NCBI GenBank assembly: GCA_963747195.1
Contig: CAVVDV010000005.1
Coordinates: forward strand, 601,704 to 665,703
Direction of reading: 5' to 3'
From: an uncultured Actinomycetes bacterium
Lineage (GTDB): Bacteria > Actinomycetota > Acidimicrobiia > IMCC26256 > JACDBD01
Length of the DNA: 64,000 nucleotides
Below the pieces are notes generated by a model. The model saw nothing but the letters and a program-made list of their open reading frames with translations. It did not search any database and was not told the DNA's origin. This document shows, piece by piece, positions 11,887 to 23,078 of this stretch. Both the position numbers and the translations under genes were made by a program. Positions within the stretch are counted from its first letter, which is position 1. Each line of letters begins with the position of its first letter.

Positions 11887-13563
11887 CGCCGTCGACCGGT
11901 TGCGCGCCCGCCGGAGCTGTCGCCTGCGCCGCGCTGCGGGCGTGGTAGCTGGAGCGCACGAGCGGCCCCGACTCGACGTGGGCGAAGCCCAGGCCCGCGC
12001 GCGTACTCGCCCAGGTCGTCGAACTCGGCGGGCGTCCACCACCGGACCACGGGGAGGTGCCGAGCCGTCGGGCGCAGGTACTGACCCAGCGTGAGGATGT
12101 CGACGCCGACGTTCCGGAGGTCGGCGATCGCGCCGCGCAGCTCGTCCTCGGTCTCGCCCATGCCGAGGATGATCCCCGACTTGGTCGTGAGCCCGGCGTC
12201 CTTGGCGCGTGCCAGCAGCGGCGAGCGATCGGAAGTACGCCGCCGACGGCCGCGCCGCCCGCTGCAGCCGGGCGACCGTCTCGAGGTTGTGGTTCAGGAC
12301 GTCGGGCCGGGCGTCGAAGACGACCGCCAGCGCCTCGGGATCGCCCTTGCAGTCGGGGATGAGCACCTCGACCGCGGTGCGCGGTGTTGCGGGCGCGCAC
12401 GGCGCGGATCGTCGCCGCGAACGCGCTCGCGCCGCCGTCGGGCACGTCGTCGCGGGCCACGCTGGTGATGACGGCGTGGGCGAGACCGAGCTGGGCGACG
12501 GCGTCGGCGACGTGCTCGGGCTCCTCGTCGTCGAGCGGGAGCGGATGGCGGGTGTCGACGAGGCAGAACCCGCACGCACGCGTGCACCGATCGCCGAGGA
12601 TCATGAACGTGGCGGTCTTGTCGGCCCAGCACTCGTAGATGTTGGGGCAGCCCGCCTCCTCGCACACCGTGTGCAGCGACAGGCCCCGCATGAGCCGCTT
12701 CGTCTCGCGGTAGTTCGGGCCGAGGTCGGCCTTGACCTTCATCCACTCCGGCCGCCGGAACGCAGGATCCTCGGCCGGCGCCTCGACGCCGGCTTCCGCC
12801 AGCCGGCCGAGCAGGCGCACCGGGCGCCTGACCGCCGCGGGCGGCTGCCGCGGCTCCGTCGCACGCGTCGCGGCGTGAACGCCGACAGGTCGTCGGCGCC
12901 GGCTCGCGCCAGACGACGTCCTGGCGTTCGACGTCGCGCGTAGGGGAAGTGCTCGGCGAAGCGGGCGGTGACGGCGTCGACCACGTCGTGCATGTCGGGC
13001 GCGGCGCCGAGTTGCGCGGCGAGGGAGGTGACGCCGCGGTCGGCGATGCCGCACGGGACGATGTGGCCGAACATCGACAGGTCGGGATCGACGTTCAGGG
13101 CGAAGCCGTGGCGGGTGCGCCCGCGCGACGACCCGGACGCCGATGGCGGCGATCTTCTCGCCGCCGACCCACACGCCCGTGTACCCGTCGTCACGGTCGG
13201 CCTCGCACGCCGAGGTCGCCGAGCGCCGACGATCAGCACGGCCTCGAGGCGCCGCACGTAGGCGACGACGTCGCGCTGGCCGGCGCGCCACTCGGGCAGC
13301 GTGACGATCGGGTAGCCGACGAGCTGGCCGGGCCCGTGGTACGTGACGTCGCCGCCGCGGTCGGTGCGCACGAGGTCGGCGCCGACCGACGCCGGCGGGA
13401 CGAGCACGTGAGCGGGATCGGCGGACTTGCCGAGCGTGTAGACGTGCGGGTGCTCGAGCAGGAGCAGGTAGTCGTCGGCGGCGCGCTCGAGCAGGGCCCG
13501 CTGGAGCTCGTCGGCCTCCGCGTACGGGACCCGCCCGAGCCAGCGGACGCGCAACGCGGTCAC
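11873..13563 (-). CDS. lipB-lipA: Fused octanoyltransferase (LipB) - lipoyl synthase (LipA) (frameshifted)
   Basis: LipB: [49 protein letters not shown]. LipA: [47 protein letters not shown]. Confidence 0.9.
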
Positions 13564-15101
13564 GCGAGCTCGGCCTCCCAGTCGCGCCCCTCGATCTCGT
13601 CCTTCATGGCCTGGAGGAACGCGGCGGCGTACGCGCCGTCGAAGGCGCGGTGGTCCCACGTGAGCGCCAGGATGCCGACGTGGCGGATGGCGAGCGAGTC
13701 CTCGCCGTCGGGGCCGGTCACGACCCAGGGCCGCTTCCGGATGCCGTCGGTGGAGAGGATCGCGACCTGGGGCTGGTTGATGATCGGCAGCGTCATGTAG
13801 GTGCCGCACGGGCCCGGGTTCGTGATCGTGAACGTCCCGCCGAGCGATCTCGTCGGGCATGAGCTGCTTGCTGCGGGCGCGGGTCGCGAGATCGTGGATC
13901 TCGCGGGCGATGAGCCGCAGGCGCTTGCCGTCGGCGTTGCGGATCACCGGCGCGATGAGGCCCTTGAAGTCGAGATCGACGGCGATGCCGACGTGGATGT
14001 CGTGGTGGACGACGAGGTTCTCGCCGTCGACGCTGGCGTTGACGTTCGGGAACTCCTCGACCGTGTCGCAGAACGCGCGCGACGATGAACGGGAGGTACG
14101 TGAGCGGGAAGCCCTCGCGGATCCTCCAGTCGTCCTGCTCGGCGCGCCGGGCGCGGTCGACGCGCTCGTAGTCGACCTCGATCGACGTGTAGACGTGCGC
14201 GCTCGTCGCCTTCGAGCGGACCATGTGCTCGGCCGTGCGCCGGCGGATGTTGTCGAAGGGGATGGTCTCGTCGCCGGTGGAGGGCGCCGCCGGCGCGGCG
14301 GCTTCGCTCGGCGCGATCGGGGCGGTCCGTCCGGCGCCGGGCGCGGCCGGCGCCACGGGCGCGGTCCGGTGGCGGGCGGCGGGGTCGGCGCCGGCGCCGG
14401 GCGGCGGGGCCGGGGCAGGCGCGGCTCGGGGCGGGCGCGGCGGAGCCGCCGACGTGGTCGTGCGCGGGCCGCTGCCGGCTGGCGGCGGCGTCGAGGACGT
14501 CGTTGCGGGTGATGCGGCCGCCTTCGCCGCTCCCCTGCACCTCGCCGGCGTCGAGGCCGTGCTCGTTGAGCAGCCGGCGCACGACCGGCGACATGAGCTG
14601 CCCGCCCGTCGCCGCTTGGGACGGCGGCCGCCGAGGCGGTCGGCGGAGCCGCCGAGGTGGCCGGCGGAGCCCGCCGGGGTGGCGCGGCGGCGCCGAGGTG
14701 GCGGCGGCGCGGCGGCGCGGCGGCGCCGGCGCCGCGGCGGCCGGCTCGGGCGGCGCGGGCCGGCGCGGGCCGGCTCCGGCTGCGGCGGAGCCGCCGGCTG
14801 CGGCGGAGCCGCCGAGGCGGCCGGCGGAGCCGCCGCGGTGGCCGTGGCCGCGGCCGGCGCCGGCGCGCCGGCGCCGTCCGAGATCACCGCGAGGCGGGTG
14901 CCGACCTCGGCCGTCTCCCCCTCCTGGACAGGATCTCGCTCAGCGTCCCGGCTCGGGCGCGGGCACCTCCGAGTCGACCTTGTCGGTCGAGACCTCGAAG
15001 AGCGGCTCGTCGGCGTCGACGTGGTCGCCGACGCTCTTCAGCCAGCGCGTGATCGTCCCCTCGGTGACGGTCTCGCCGAGCTGCGGCATCTGGATGTCCA
15101 C
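13560..15101 (-). CDS. Dihydrolipoamide acyltransferase (E2) of a 2-oxoacid dehydrogenase (frameshifted)
   Basis: [28 protein letters not shown] lipoyl site, SPVVRRL...[12 protein letters not shown], Ala/Pro linkers, [21 protein letters not shown]; GGAGGA RBS. Confidence 0.92.
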
Positions 15102-15117
15102 CCGTGGTCCTCCGTCG

Positions 15118-16531
15118 TCAGGCGTGCAGGCTGCGACCGGTGAGCGCGAGCGCGGACTCGCCGAACACCTCGCTCAGCGTCGGGTGAGGATGGATGAACG
15201 CCCCGACCTCGGCCGGGCTGGCCTCCCAGTTCACGGCGAGGTAGCCCTCTTGCGAGCAGCTCGGTCGCCCACGGGCCGGCGATGTGCACGCCGAGGATCG
15301 CGCCCGTCGCGCTCGGCGACGATCTTCACGAGCCCGTCGGTCTCGCCGATGATGAGCGCCCGGCTGTTCCCGCCGAAGCGGTGCACCTGCGTCACGACGT
15401 CGTACCCGAGCTCGCGCGCGTGCTCCTCGGTGACCCGCGCGAACGCGACCTCGGGATGGCAGTAGATCCCCCACGGGACCTTCTCGTAGTCGACCGGGGT
15501 CGCCTCCTCGCCGAGGATCGTCTTGATGGCGACGATCGCCTCGGCGAACCCGACGTGCGCGAGCTGCGGGCGCGTCGACCACGTCGCCCACGGCGTACAC
15601 ACCGGGCACGGTCGTCCGCATGAGGCCGTCGACGCGGATGAACCCGCGTTCGTCGACCTCGACCCCCGAGCCTTCGAGGCCGATCCCTTCGGAGCGCGGC
15701 CGCCGCCCGATGCTCACGACGACCTTGTCGACCACGACTTCCTGCGGGCCTTCGGCTCGGTGTCGTAGCTCACGGTCAGCTCGCGCGGCGCCGTCGATGC
15801 CGGTGACGCGCACGCCGGTGTGCAGGCTGACGCCCGCGCTTCCGGAACGAGCGGCGCGACGACGTCGGCCGCTTCGACGTCGACGCCGGGCAGGATGCGC
15901 GGCAACGCCTCGACCAGCGTCACCTCGCTGCCGACGTCGCTCAGCAGCGACGCGAACTCGCAGCCGATGGCGCCGCGCGCCGATGATCAGCGACTCGGCC
16001 CGGTACCTCGTCGAGCTCGAGCACGTGGTCGGACGTTGAGGATGCGGTCGCCGTCGAACTCGAGCCCGGGCAGCGGGCGCGGGAGCGAGCCGGTCGCCAG
16101 GATCAGGCCGGTCGCCCTGGAGCTCGGAGCCGTCCGACGACGCGCACGTGACGGGCGCCGGCGTCGATCAGCGAGCCGGTCCCCGGCACGACGGTCACCT
16201 TGCGGTTCTTGAAGGAGACCTTCGAGCCCGCGCGTGAGGCGGTCGACGACCTGCTGCTTGCGCGTCTGGCTGGTGCCGAGGTCGAGCGTCGGCTGCTGCC
16301 CGGCGTCGACGCCGAACTCCTTGGCGCCCGACACCGTGCGCAGCACCTCGGCCGTCTGGAGGAGCTCCTTGGCCGGGATGCAGCCCCGGTGGAGGCACGT
16401 GCCCCCGACCCGCTGGCTCCTCGATCATCGCGACGCGTAGACCCGCCGACGCGCCGTAGAGCGCGGCGCGCGTATCCGCCCGGTCCTCCCCCGAGGACGA
16501 CGACGTCGAACTGCTCGGCCAGGGTGGCCAC
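15118..16531 (-). CDS. lpdA: Dihydrolipoyl dehydrogenase (E3) (frameshifted)
   Basis: [44 protein letters not shown]. Confidence 0.93.
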
Positions 16532-16601
16532 CCCCTTCGCTCACCGATTTTCGGTGTAGAGGTCATTCTTTCAGGTCCGCCGCGCCGGACGGCGGGCGCT
16601 C

Positions 16602-16691
16602 TCAGCGGGCCAGGAGGATCTGGATCGCGCCGGCGGCGAGGATCGCCAGGCCGGTGATCGCGGCCAGCAGGATGAGCGTACGGGTACTCAC
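16602..16691 (-). CDS. Putative 29-aa single-helix membrane peptide
   Basis: GTG...TGA gives MSTRTLILLAAITGLAILAAGAIQILLAR; high GC3; GAGG upstream; below the ORF-track cutoff. Confidence 0.55.
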   Translation of the reverse strand: MSTRTLILLAAITGLAILAAGAIQILLAR

Positions 16692-16834
16692 GTGCCTCGC
16701 CCCATTCGGAGCGATCCTCGCGCCGGATCGTCGACGCCGCCGAACCCGCTCACCTGCGGGGAACGGGATACCCTGTCACGTCGGTCCCGGGAACCGCGCA
16801 AGCCCGGGGGATCGATCCACCCAGCAAGGAACCG

Positions 16835-18178
16835 ATGGCACAACGCGCACAGCGGTCGCTCGACGCGGCCAAGAAGGCCGTCCCCGAGGGCACGTTCGCG
16901 GTCGGGATCGGCCTCGCCGTCACCGGCATCGCGACGTACGGCTTCTTCATCGCCTGCGCCCGCGGCCTGAGCGAGAAGGACTACGCCGCCGTCATCGGCG
17001 GGCTCTGGCCGTTGGTGTTCGTGGTCGCGCCGGGCTGCTTCCTTCCCCTCGAGCAGGAGGTCGGTCGCGCGCTCGCCCACCGCCGCGCTCTCCACATCGG
17101 GGGCGGGCCGGTCGTGCGGCGCGCCGCGATCGCGGCGTTGTGGGGCACGGCCGGGCTCCTGTTGCTCACGCTGCTGTTCAGCGGCGTGCTGCGCGAGAAC
17201 CTGTTCAAGGGCGTCGGCGGCCTCGTCATCTGCTTCGCGATCGCGCTCGTCACGTACGCCGCGCAGCACCTGACGCGCGGCACGCTCTCGGGGAACGGGC
17301 GCTTCGGCCCCTACGGCGTCATCCTCGGCGCCGAGGGGGTCATCCGCCTCCTGCCCGCCGTCGTCTTGTGGTTCGCGGGCGTCACCAACCCGGTCGCGTA
17401 CGGCCTGTGCCTCGCCATCCCGCCCGTGCTCGCGAGCTTGCTCGCGCTGCGCAAGCAGCACGGGCTCGTCGAGCCGGGGCCGCAGGCGCCGTGGTCGGAG
17501 CTCTCGTCCAACCTCGGGTACCTGCTGAGCGGGTCCGTCCTCGCCCAGGGCTTGAGCTACGCGCCGATCCTGATCGCGACCGTCCTCGCCACCAGCGCGC
17601 AGCACGCGGAGGTCGCCGCGTTCGTCTCCGGGTTCTTCCTCGCTCGCGTCCCGATCATCCTGTTCCAGGCGGTGCAGGCGGCGTTGCTCCCGAAGCTGGC
17701 GCGCCTGGCGGGCGCGGGCGAGCACGAGGACTTCCGCAACGGCCTGCGCAAGCTGGTGCTGATCGTCCTCGCCGTCGGCGTGATCGGCGTGGTCGGCGCG
17801 CTCGTGCTCGGGCCCTGGGCCGTGAAGATCTTCTTCGACAAGACCATCAGCGGCGGCGAGCTCGCGATGCTCGCGGCGGGCAGCGGCGCGTTCATCCTGG
17901 CTCTCACGCTCGCGCAAGCGCTGATCGCGTTGATGGGCCACGCCAAGGCGACGGTGTCGTGGGCGATCGGCATCGTGTTCGGCGCGATCGCGCTGGTCGC
18001 GATGTCCGCGGCCGGCGTCGAGCTGTTCCTCCGGGTGGAGCTCGCCTTCCTCTTCGCCTGCCTCGGGTGCGCGGCGGTGATGGCGGTGCTGCTGGTTCGC
18101 CAGATGCGCGCCGGCGTGCCCGCCCAGAGCGTCGAGCGGCTCCTCGAGGGCATCGAGCACGAGCCGCTCGAGATCTGA
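16835..18178 (+). CDS. Polysaccharide flippase (Wzx/MOP-family) membrane protein
   Basis: About 12 hydrophobic segments; FLPLEQEVGRALA, FFLARVPIILFQAVQAALLPKLA; leads an operon with GT4 and a sugar reductase. Confidence 0.8.
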   Translation: MAQRAQRSLDAAKKAVPEGTFAVGIGLAVTGIATYGFFIACARGLSEKDYAAVIGGLWPLVFVVAPGCFLPLEQEVGRALAHRRALHIGGGPVVRRAAIAALWGTAGLLLLTLLFSGVLRENLFKGVGGLVICFAIALVTYAAQHLTRGTLSGNGRFGPYGVILGAEGVIRLLPAVVLWFAGVTNPVAYGLCLAIPPVLASLLALRKQHGLVEPGPQAPWSELSSNLGYLLSGSVLAQGLSYAPILIATVLATSAQHAEVAAFVSGFFLARVPIILFQAVQAALLPKLARLAGAGEHEDFRNGLRKLVLIVLAVGVIGVVGALVLGPWAVKIFFDKTISGGELAMLAAGSGAFILALTLAQALIALMGHAKATVSWAIGIVFGAIALVAMSAAGVELFLRVELAFLFACLGCAAVMAVLLVRQMRAGVPAQSVERLLEGIEHEPLEI

Positions 18179-18185
18179 CACGGCG

Positions 18186-19296
18186 ATGACCGCGCCGCTT
18201 CGGCTCGCCGTCGACGGCACGCCGCTGCTGGGGGATGCGACCGGGGTCGGCGAAGTCGCCCACGGGCTCCTCGACACGCTCGCCGGACGCACCGACCTCG
18301 ACCTGGTCGCCTACGCGCTCACGTTCCGCGGCCGGCAGAAGCTCGCCGACCGGATCCCGCCCGGTGTCCGCCCTGCCGTCCGCGCGATCCCCGCTCGCCT
18401 CGTCCGCGCCTTGTGGCTGCACAGCGACATGCCGCGCGTCGAGCTCTGGACGGGCCGCGGTCGACGTCGTGCACGCCACGTTCATCGGCCCGCCGGCGCG
18501 CAGCCCCGTCGTCGTGACGATCCACGACCTGACCTTCGTGCGCTTCCCCGAGCTGTGCACACGCCGACACGCTGCAGTACGGCCGGCTCGTGACGCGGGC
18601 GCTCGACCGCGGCGCGGTGGTGCACGCGACGAGCGAGTTCGTGGCCGGCGAGGTACGCGAGCACTTCGGGATCGACGACACGCGGATCGTGCAGATCCCG
18701 CTCGGCGTCCGACCCAGCGCCGGTGGCGACCCGGCGCGCGGCCGTGCCATCGCCGGGAGCGAGCGGTACGTGCTCGCGCTCGGGACGGTCGAGCCGCGCA
18801 AGAACCTGCCCGTGCTCGTGCGCGCGCTTCGACCAGATGGCGCCGACGCGACCCGGCGTTGCGCCTCGTCGTCGCCGGCGCCGACGGCTGGGGTGCATCG
18901 GAGTTCCAGACCGCCCGGACGGCGGCGAAGCACGCCGACCGCGTCGTGCGACTCGGGTACGTGAGCGACGCGGAGCGGCGTGACCTGCTCAGCGGCGCCC
19001 GCGTGCTCGCGTACCCCTCGATCTACGAGGGCTTCGGGCTCCCGCCGCTCGAGGCGATGAGCGCCGGGGTGCCCGTGGTCGCGGCGCGCGCCGGCGCGCT
19101 GCCCGAGACGCTCGGCGACGCCGCCGTGCTCGTCGACCCCGCCGACGTCGACGGCCTGGCCGGCGCGCTCGATCGGGTGGTGCACGACGACGAGCTGCGC
19201 CGCGAGCTCGTCGCCCGCGGTTGCCGCCTCGTCGAGCGCTACAGCTGGCCGCAGATCGCACCCCGGTTCGTCGACCTGTACCGGTCGCTGGCATGA
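18186..19296 (+). CDS. Glycosyltransferase family 4 (frameshifted)
   Basis: VVTIHDLTF, LGTVEPRKNL, YPSIYEGFGLPPLEAMSAGVPVV. Confidence 0.92.
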
Positions 19297-20216
19297 GGGC
19301 TGCCGTCACCGGGAGCAGCGGCTTCGTCGGGAGCCACCTGGTCCCGTTCCTCCGGAGCCACGGCGACGACGTCGTGACGATCGACCGCACCGGCACTCCC
19401 TCGGTCGACGTCACCGATGCGGCCGAGGTCCGCGAGGTGCTGGCGCGCGGCACGCCCGGACGCCGTGTACCACCTGGCCGCCTTGAGCCACATCGGTCGG
19501 TCGTGGGACGCGCCCGAGACCGTCTTCCGGGTCAACGCCCTGGGCGCGCTCAACGTGCTGCGGGCGTGCGCCGACGCCGGCGTCGATCGCGTGCTCGTCG
19601 CGGGCAGCGCCGACGTGTACGGCGTCGTGGGCCCCGAGGACCTCCCGTTGACGGAGGAGTCGCCGATCCGGCCCGTCACGCCGTACGGCGCGAGCAAAGC
19701 CGCCGCCGACGTCCTCGCGTTGCAGGCGTTCCTCGGCGACGGGTTGGGAACGCTGCGCGTCCGCGCGTTCAACCACACCGGTCCGGGACAGAGCGCGTCG
19801 ATGCTCGTCCCCGCCCTCGCGCAGCGCATCGCGGACGCCGAACGCGACGAGGGCAACAAGGTCAGTGTCGGGCGCGTCGACGTCGTCCGCGACCTCAGCG
19901 ACGTGCGCGACGTCGTGCGCGCGTACCGGCTTCTCGTCGAGCACGGAACACCGGGCGAGGCGTACAACGTGTGCTCCGGGCACGGTGTGAGCGTGCGGGA
20001 GGTCGCCGACACGATGCTCGCGACGAGTGACGCGCCGCTCGAGCTCGTCGTCGATCCCGAGCTCGTCCGCCCGGTCGACGTCCCCCGCCTCGTCGGCGAC
20101 CCGGCGCGGCTCCGCGCCGCGACGGGATGGGAGCCCGAGATCCCGCTCGACGAGACGCTGCGCGACGTGCTGACGGTCGCCGCGCCGCGGCGCTGGACGT
20201 CCCTCGCACGCACTAG
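19293..20216 (+). CDS. NAD-dependent nucleotide-sugar epimerase/dehydratase, GDP-4-keto-6-deoxymannose reductase (Rmd)-like; end approximate
   Basis: MRAAVTGSSGFVG, VYHLAALSH, TPYGASK (YxxxK), RAFNHTGPGQ, RDLSDVRDVVRAY. Confidence 0.85.
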
Positions 20217-23078
20217 CGGCGGTTCACGAGCCCGGCCGCCCGCTGCCCGGCCGACCGCATTACTCGGGTCAGCCGCTCGCGCCGGGCCTGTCGCTCCTGG
20301 TACCGGGTGAGGGCTCGCAGGTCGTCGCGGGTGGGCAGCAGCCGGTACGGGACGTCGGTGTCGTCGTGGCCGTGGTCGACGAGCCACTCGAGATAGCTGC
20401 GCGGGTCCGCCTCGAGGTCCGGGAAGTGCGACTGCAGGTCGCGCCGGTCGCACCACAGCCGGTGCAGGTACCGCGAGACGACCGGCGCCTTCGGCGGGAA
20501 CACCCGCTCGTTGAGCCAGGCGTAGAGACCCTCCAGGTCGCCCTCGGGATCCGGCGCCGCCGCGCCGTCCTCGGCGAGAAGCCCTCGCATCGTCGGATCG
20601 ATCGGCGTGCCGTCGGGCAGCCAGTCGAGGGTGCCGGGGGGCAGGTCGGCGCGCCGCCGCCTGCGCTCGCGCCAGCCGTCCATGAAGAACTTCCGCCACG
20701 AGCCTTGGATGCCCTCACGGGCACGAGCGCCGTCCAGCATCCGCACCAGCGCGCCCCCGCGGGACGCGAGCGAGAAGTCGGCGCGGATGCGCGCCTCGGC
20801 GCGCCGGCCCCGCTCCTGCGCTTCCTCCGGCCGGTCGACGACCCGGCGCATCAGCTCGGCGGCGTGATCGACGCTCGGCTGGGCCCACCGGCTGTCCGGC
20901 GGGTAGGGCTCGCTTCCGGGTCCGACGGGCACGAGGTCGTAGTCGACGAGGTAGGCGGTGGCGTCGTCCATGAACTCGAGGTTCCCCGAGTAGCCGGTGG
21001 CGACGACCGGCTTCCCGAGGCCCATCGCCTTCGCCATGTCCATGCCGAAGCCCTCGGAGCGATGGAGCGAGACGTACGCGTCGCTGTGGCCGAGGAGCGC
21101 GTTGTGGTGCTCGGACGAGAGGTACTCGTCGCGGACGATCACGTCGGGGCGACCCGCGGCTGCGAGCCGAACGCGCTCGAGCTCACTCACCCGCTTGTCG
21201 CCGTTGATCGACTTGAGCACCAGCACCGGGCCGTCGTCGGGGCCGAACGCGCGCGTGAACGCGTCGATCAACCCGAGCGGGTTCTTCCGCTCGGCGGTGC
21301 TGAAGAAGTCGTAGACGAACAGGAAGACGAACCGGTCCTCGGGCAGCCCGAGCTCTGACCGTCGTGACATCGTCGGGCACGGAGGGCACCACGACCGGGA
21401 GCGGGAACTTGCGCACCGGCCGCGGCGAAACGGGCGCGATCGCCTCGAGCACAAAGTCGCTCGCGACCCACAGCTCGTCGAGGACCGCGAACGCTTCTGT
21501 CATCGCCGGCGGGAAGTCCTCGACCTCCCAGAACCACACGCCGATCGTGCGCCGACCGGCGAAGAAGTCCGGGCCGAGCTCTTGGGCGAGGTGGACGGTG
21601 TGGTCGGCGTTGACGCAGAGAAGGTTCACGTCGTACGCGGCTTCGCTCGTGCCGCGCCGAGTCGAACGCCAGGCTCTGCCGGCTCATGGTCGTCCGGTTC
21701 GCGACGATCGCCGTCGGCACGCGGGCGGTGTCGAGCGTCGCGGCCATCAGCCGGGCGACTTCGCCGACGCCCAGGACCGCGGTCACGTACCCGACGAGAT
21801 TCACGCCCCGTGGCCGCGGGCCCGACGGCCGCGCCTGCCACCGACGCTTCATGAGCGTCGAGCACGTCTTCTTCGGACGGGACGACCCACGCCGGGATGT
21901 CTGGTCGTCCGGTGTGCGGATCCAGCCGAGGTACTCCTCGGCTCCCTCCCCCGCCAGCGACGGGAACACCTCCTGGATCGACTCGTCCTCCTGCCAGACC
22001 CGCGTGAGGTAGCGCGAGACGAGAGGTTCGGGCGGCGGAGCCACCGGCTCGGCCAACCATCCACGAACGCGTCGGCGCCGCCCGGCGCGAACGGCGACGG
22101 CGGTTCCGGTTCGCCGCGCTCCCTCGCGTCGTGCAGGGCGTCGACGTACATCCGCCGCATGCGAGCGTCGATCTCCCTGCCGTCCGGCAGGGGCGCGTAC
22201 CGGGACGCCGCCGGGGCGGCGTCGTACCCGGCGGCGCGGAGTCGGGCGCCGTGCTCGTCGCAGAGCCGCGCCAGACCCGGTCGATCGCCGAGCCGGACCC
22301 GGGGCCGCTCGAGCTCGGCCGAGAGCATCTGCGGCGTGTCCGGGGAGTACCCGTCGAAGTGGAACCAGCGCAGCGGGCTGCCCGAGACGTCGTAGCCGCC
22401 GTTCGCGGCTCGGATCTCGCGCGTGTGCAGGTTCCACATCGATGCGCCGCAGCCCGGGTCCCGGAGGGCGTGGAACGGGAACAGCGCCGGGACCAGCTCG
22501 GTCCACCGGCCCCACTGCCGTGCGCCGCCGGGCTCGAGCGCGGCGCGCTCCTGCCGATCGCACCACCAGTCCAGGAACGGCGACGCCCCCGCCCCGACGG
22601 CGACGAACTCGGAGGCAAACGGTCCCGCTTCTCGGAGTTGCAACGGCGTCGGCTGGAGGTCGTCGTCGGGGAACGGCGCATCGAGCCGCGGGGCGAGCAC
22701 GACGCCGTGCTCGACTGCGAGCTCCACGACCTGGTCCAGCGGTGCGAAGACCTCGGTCTCGGGCCCGAACGCCACGACCGCCGGCGCGCCCTGCTCGACG
22801 AGCATGTGCACGAGGTACGGAGTGAGTGCGCCGGCGAGCTCGGTCGACGTGCACATCATCACCAGGCGGGCGAGGACTTCGGGCGGCGCGACCGCGTCGG
22901 GCGTGACGAGCCTGACGCCCGACGGCACGCCCTCGGCCCCGTCGACGCTGTCGACGACGAGCACCGTGATCTCCGCGTCCGGGTGATGACGTCGCAGCGA
23001 GTCGCACAAGACCCGCGCCGAGGGAAGCTGGGCGTGCGTGGTCGTCGTGCAGGCGTGGAGCGCGAGGCTCGAGCTCAT
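20213..23078 (-). CDS. Large multidomain glycosyltransferase (N-terminal GT-A-like part, C-terminal GT4) (frameshifted)
   Basis: ARVLCDSLRRHHPD, FLDWWCDR, PLRWFHFDGY, IGVWFWEV, ERKNPLGLIDAF, SLHRSEGFGMDMAKAMGLGKPVVATGYSGN. Confidence 0.85.

Noticed and set aside
14280-14880. GC-rich short repeats (GGCGGAGCCGCC units) resembling a repeat array
   Set aside because: They encode the Ala/Pro linkers of the E2 subunit; no spacer structure, not CRISPR
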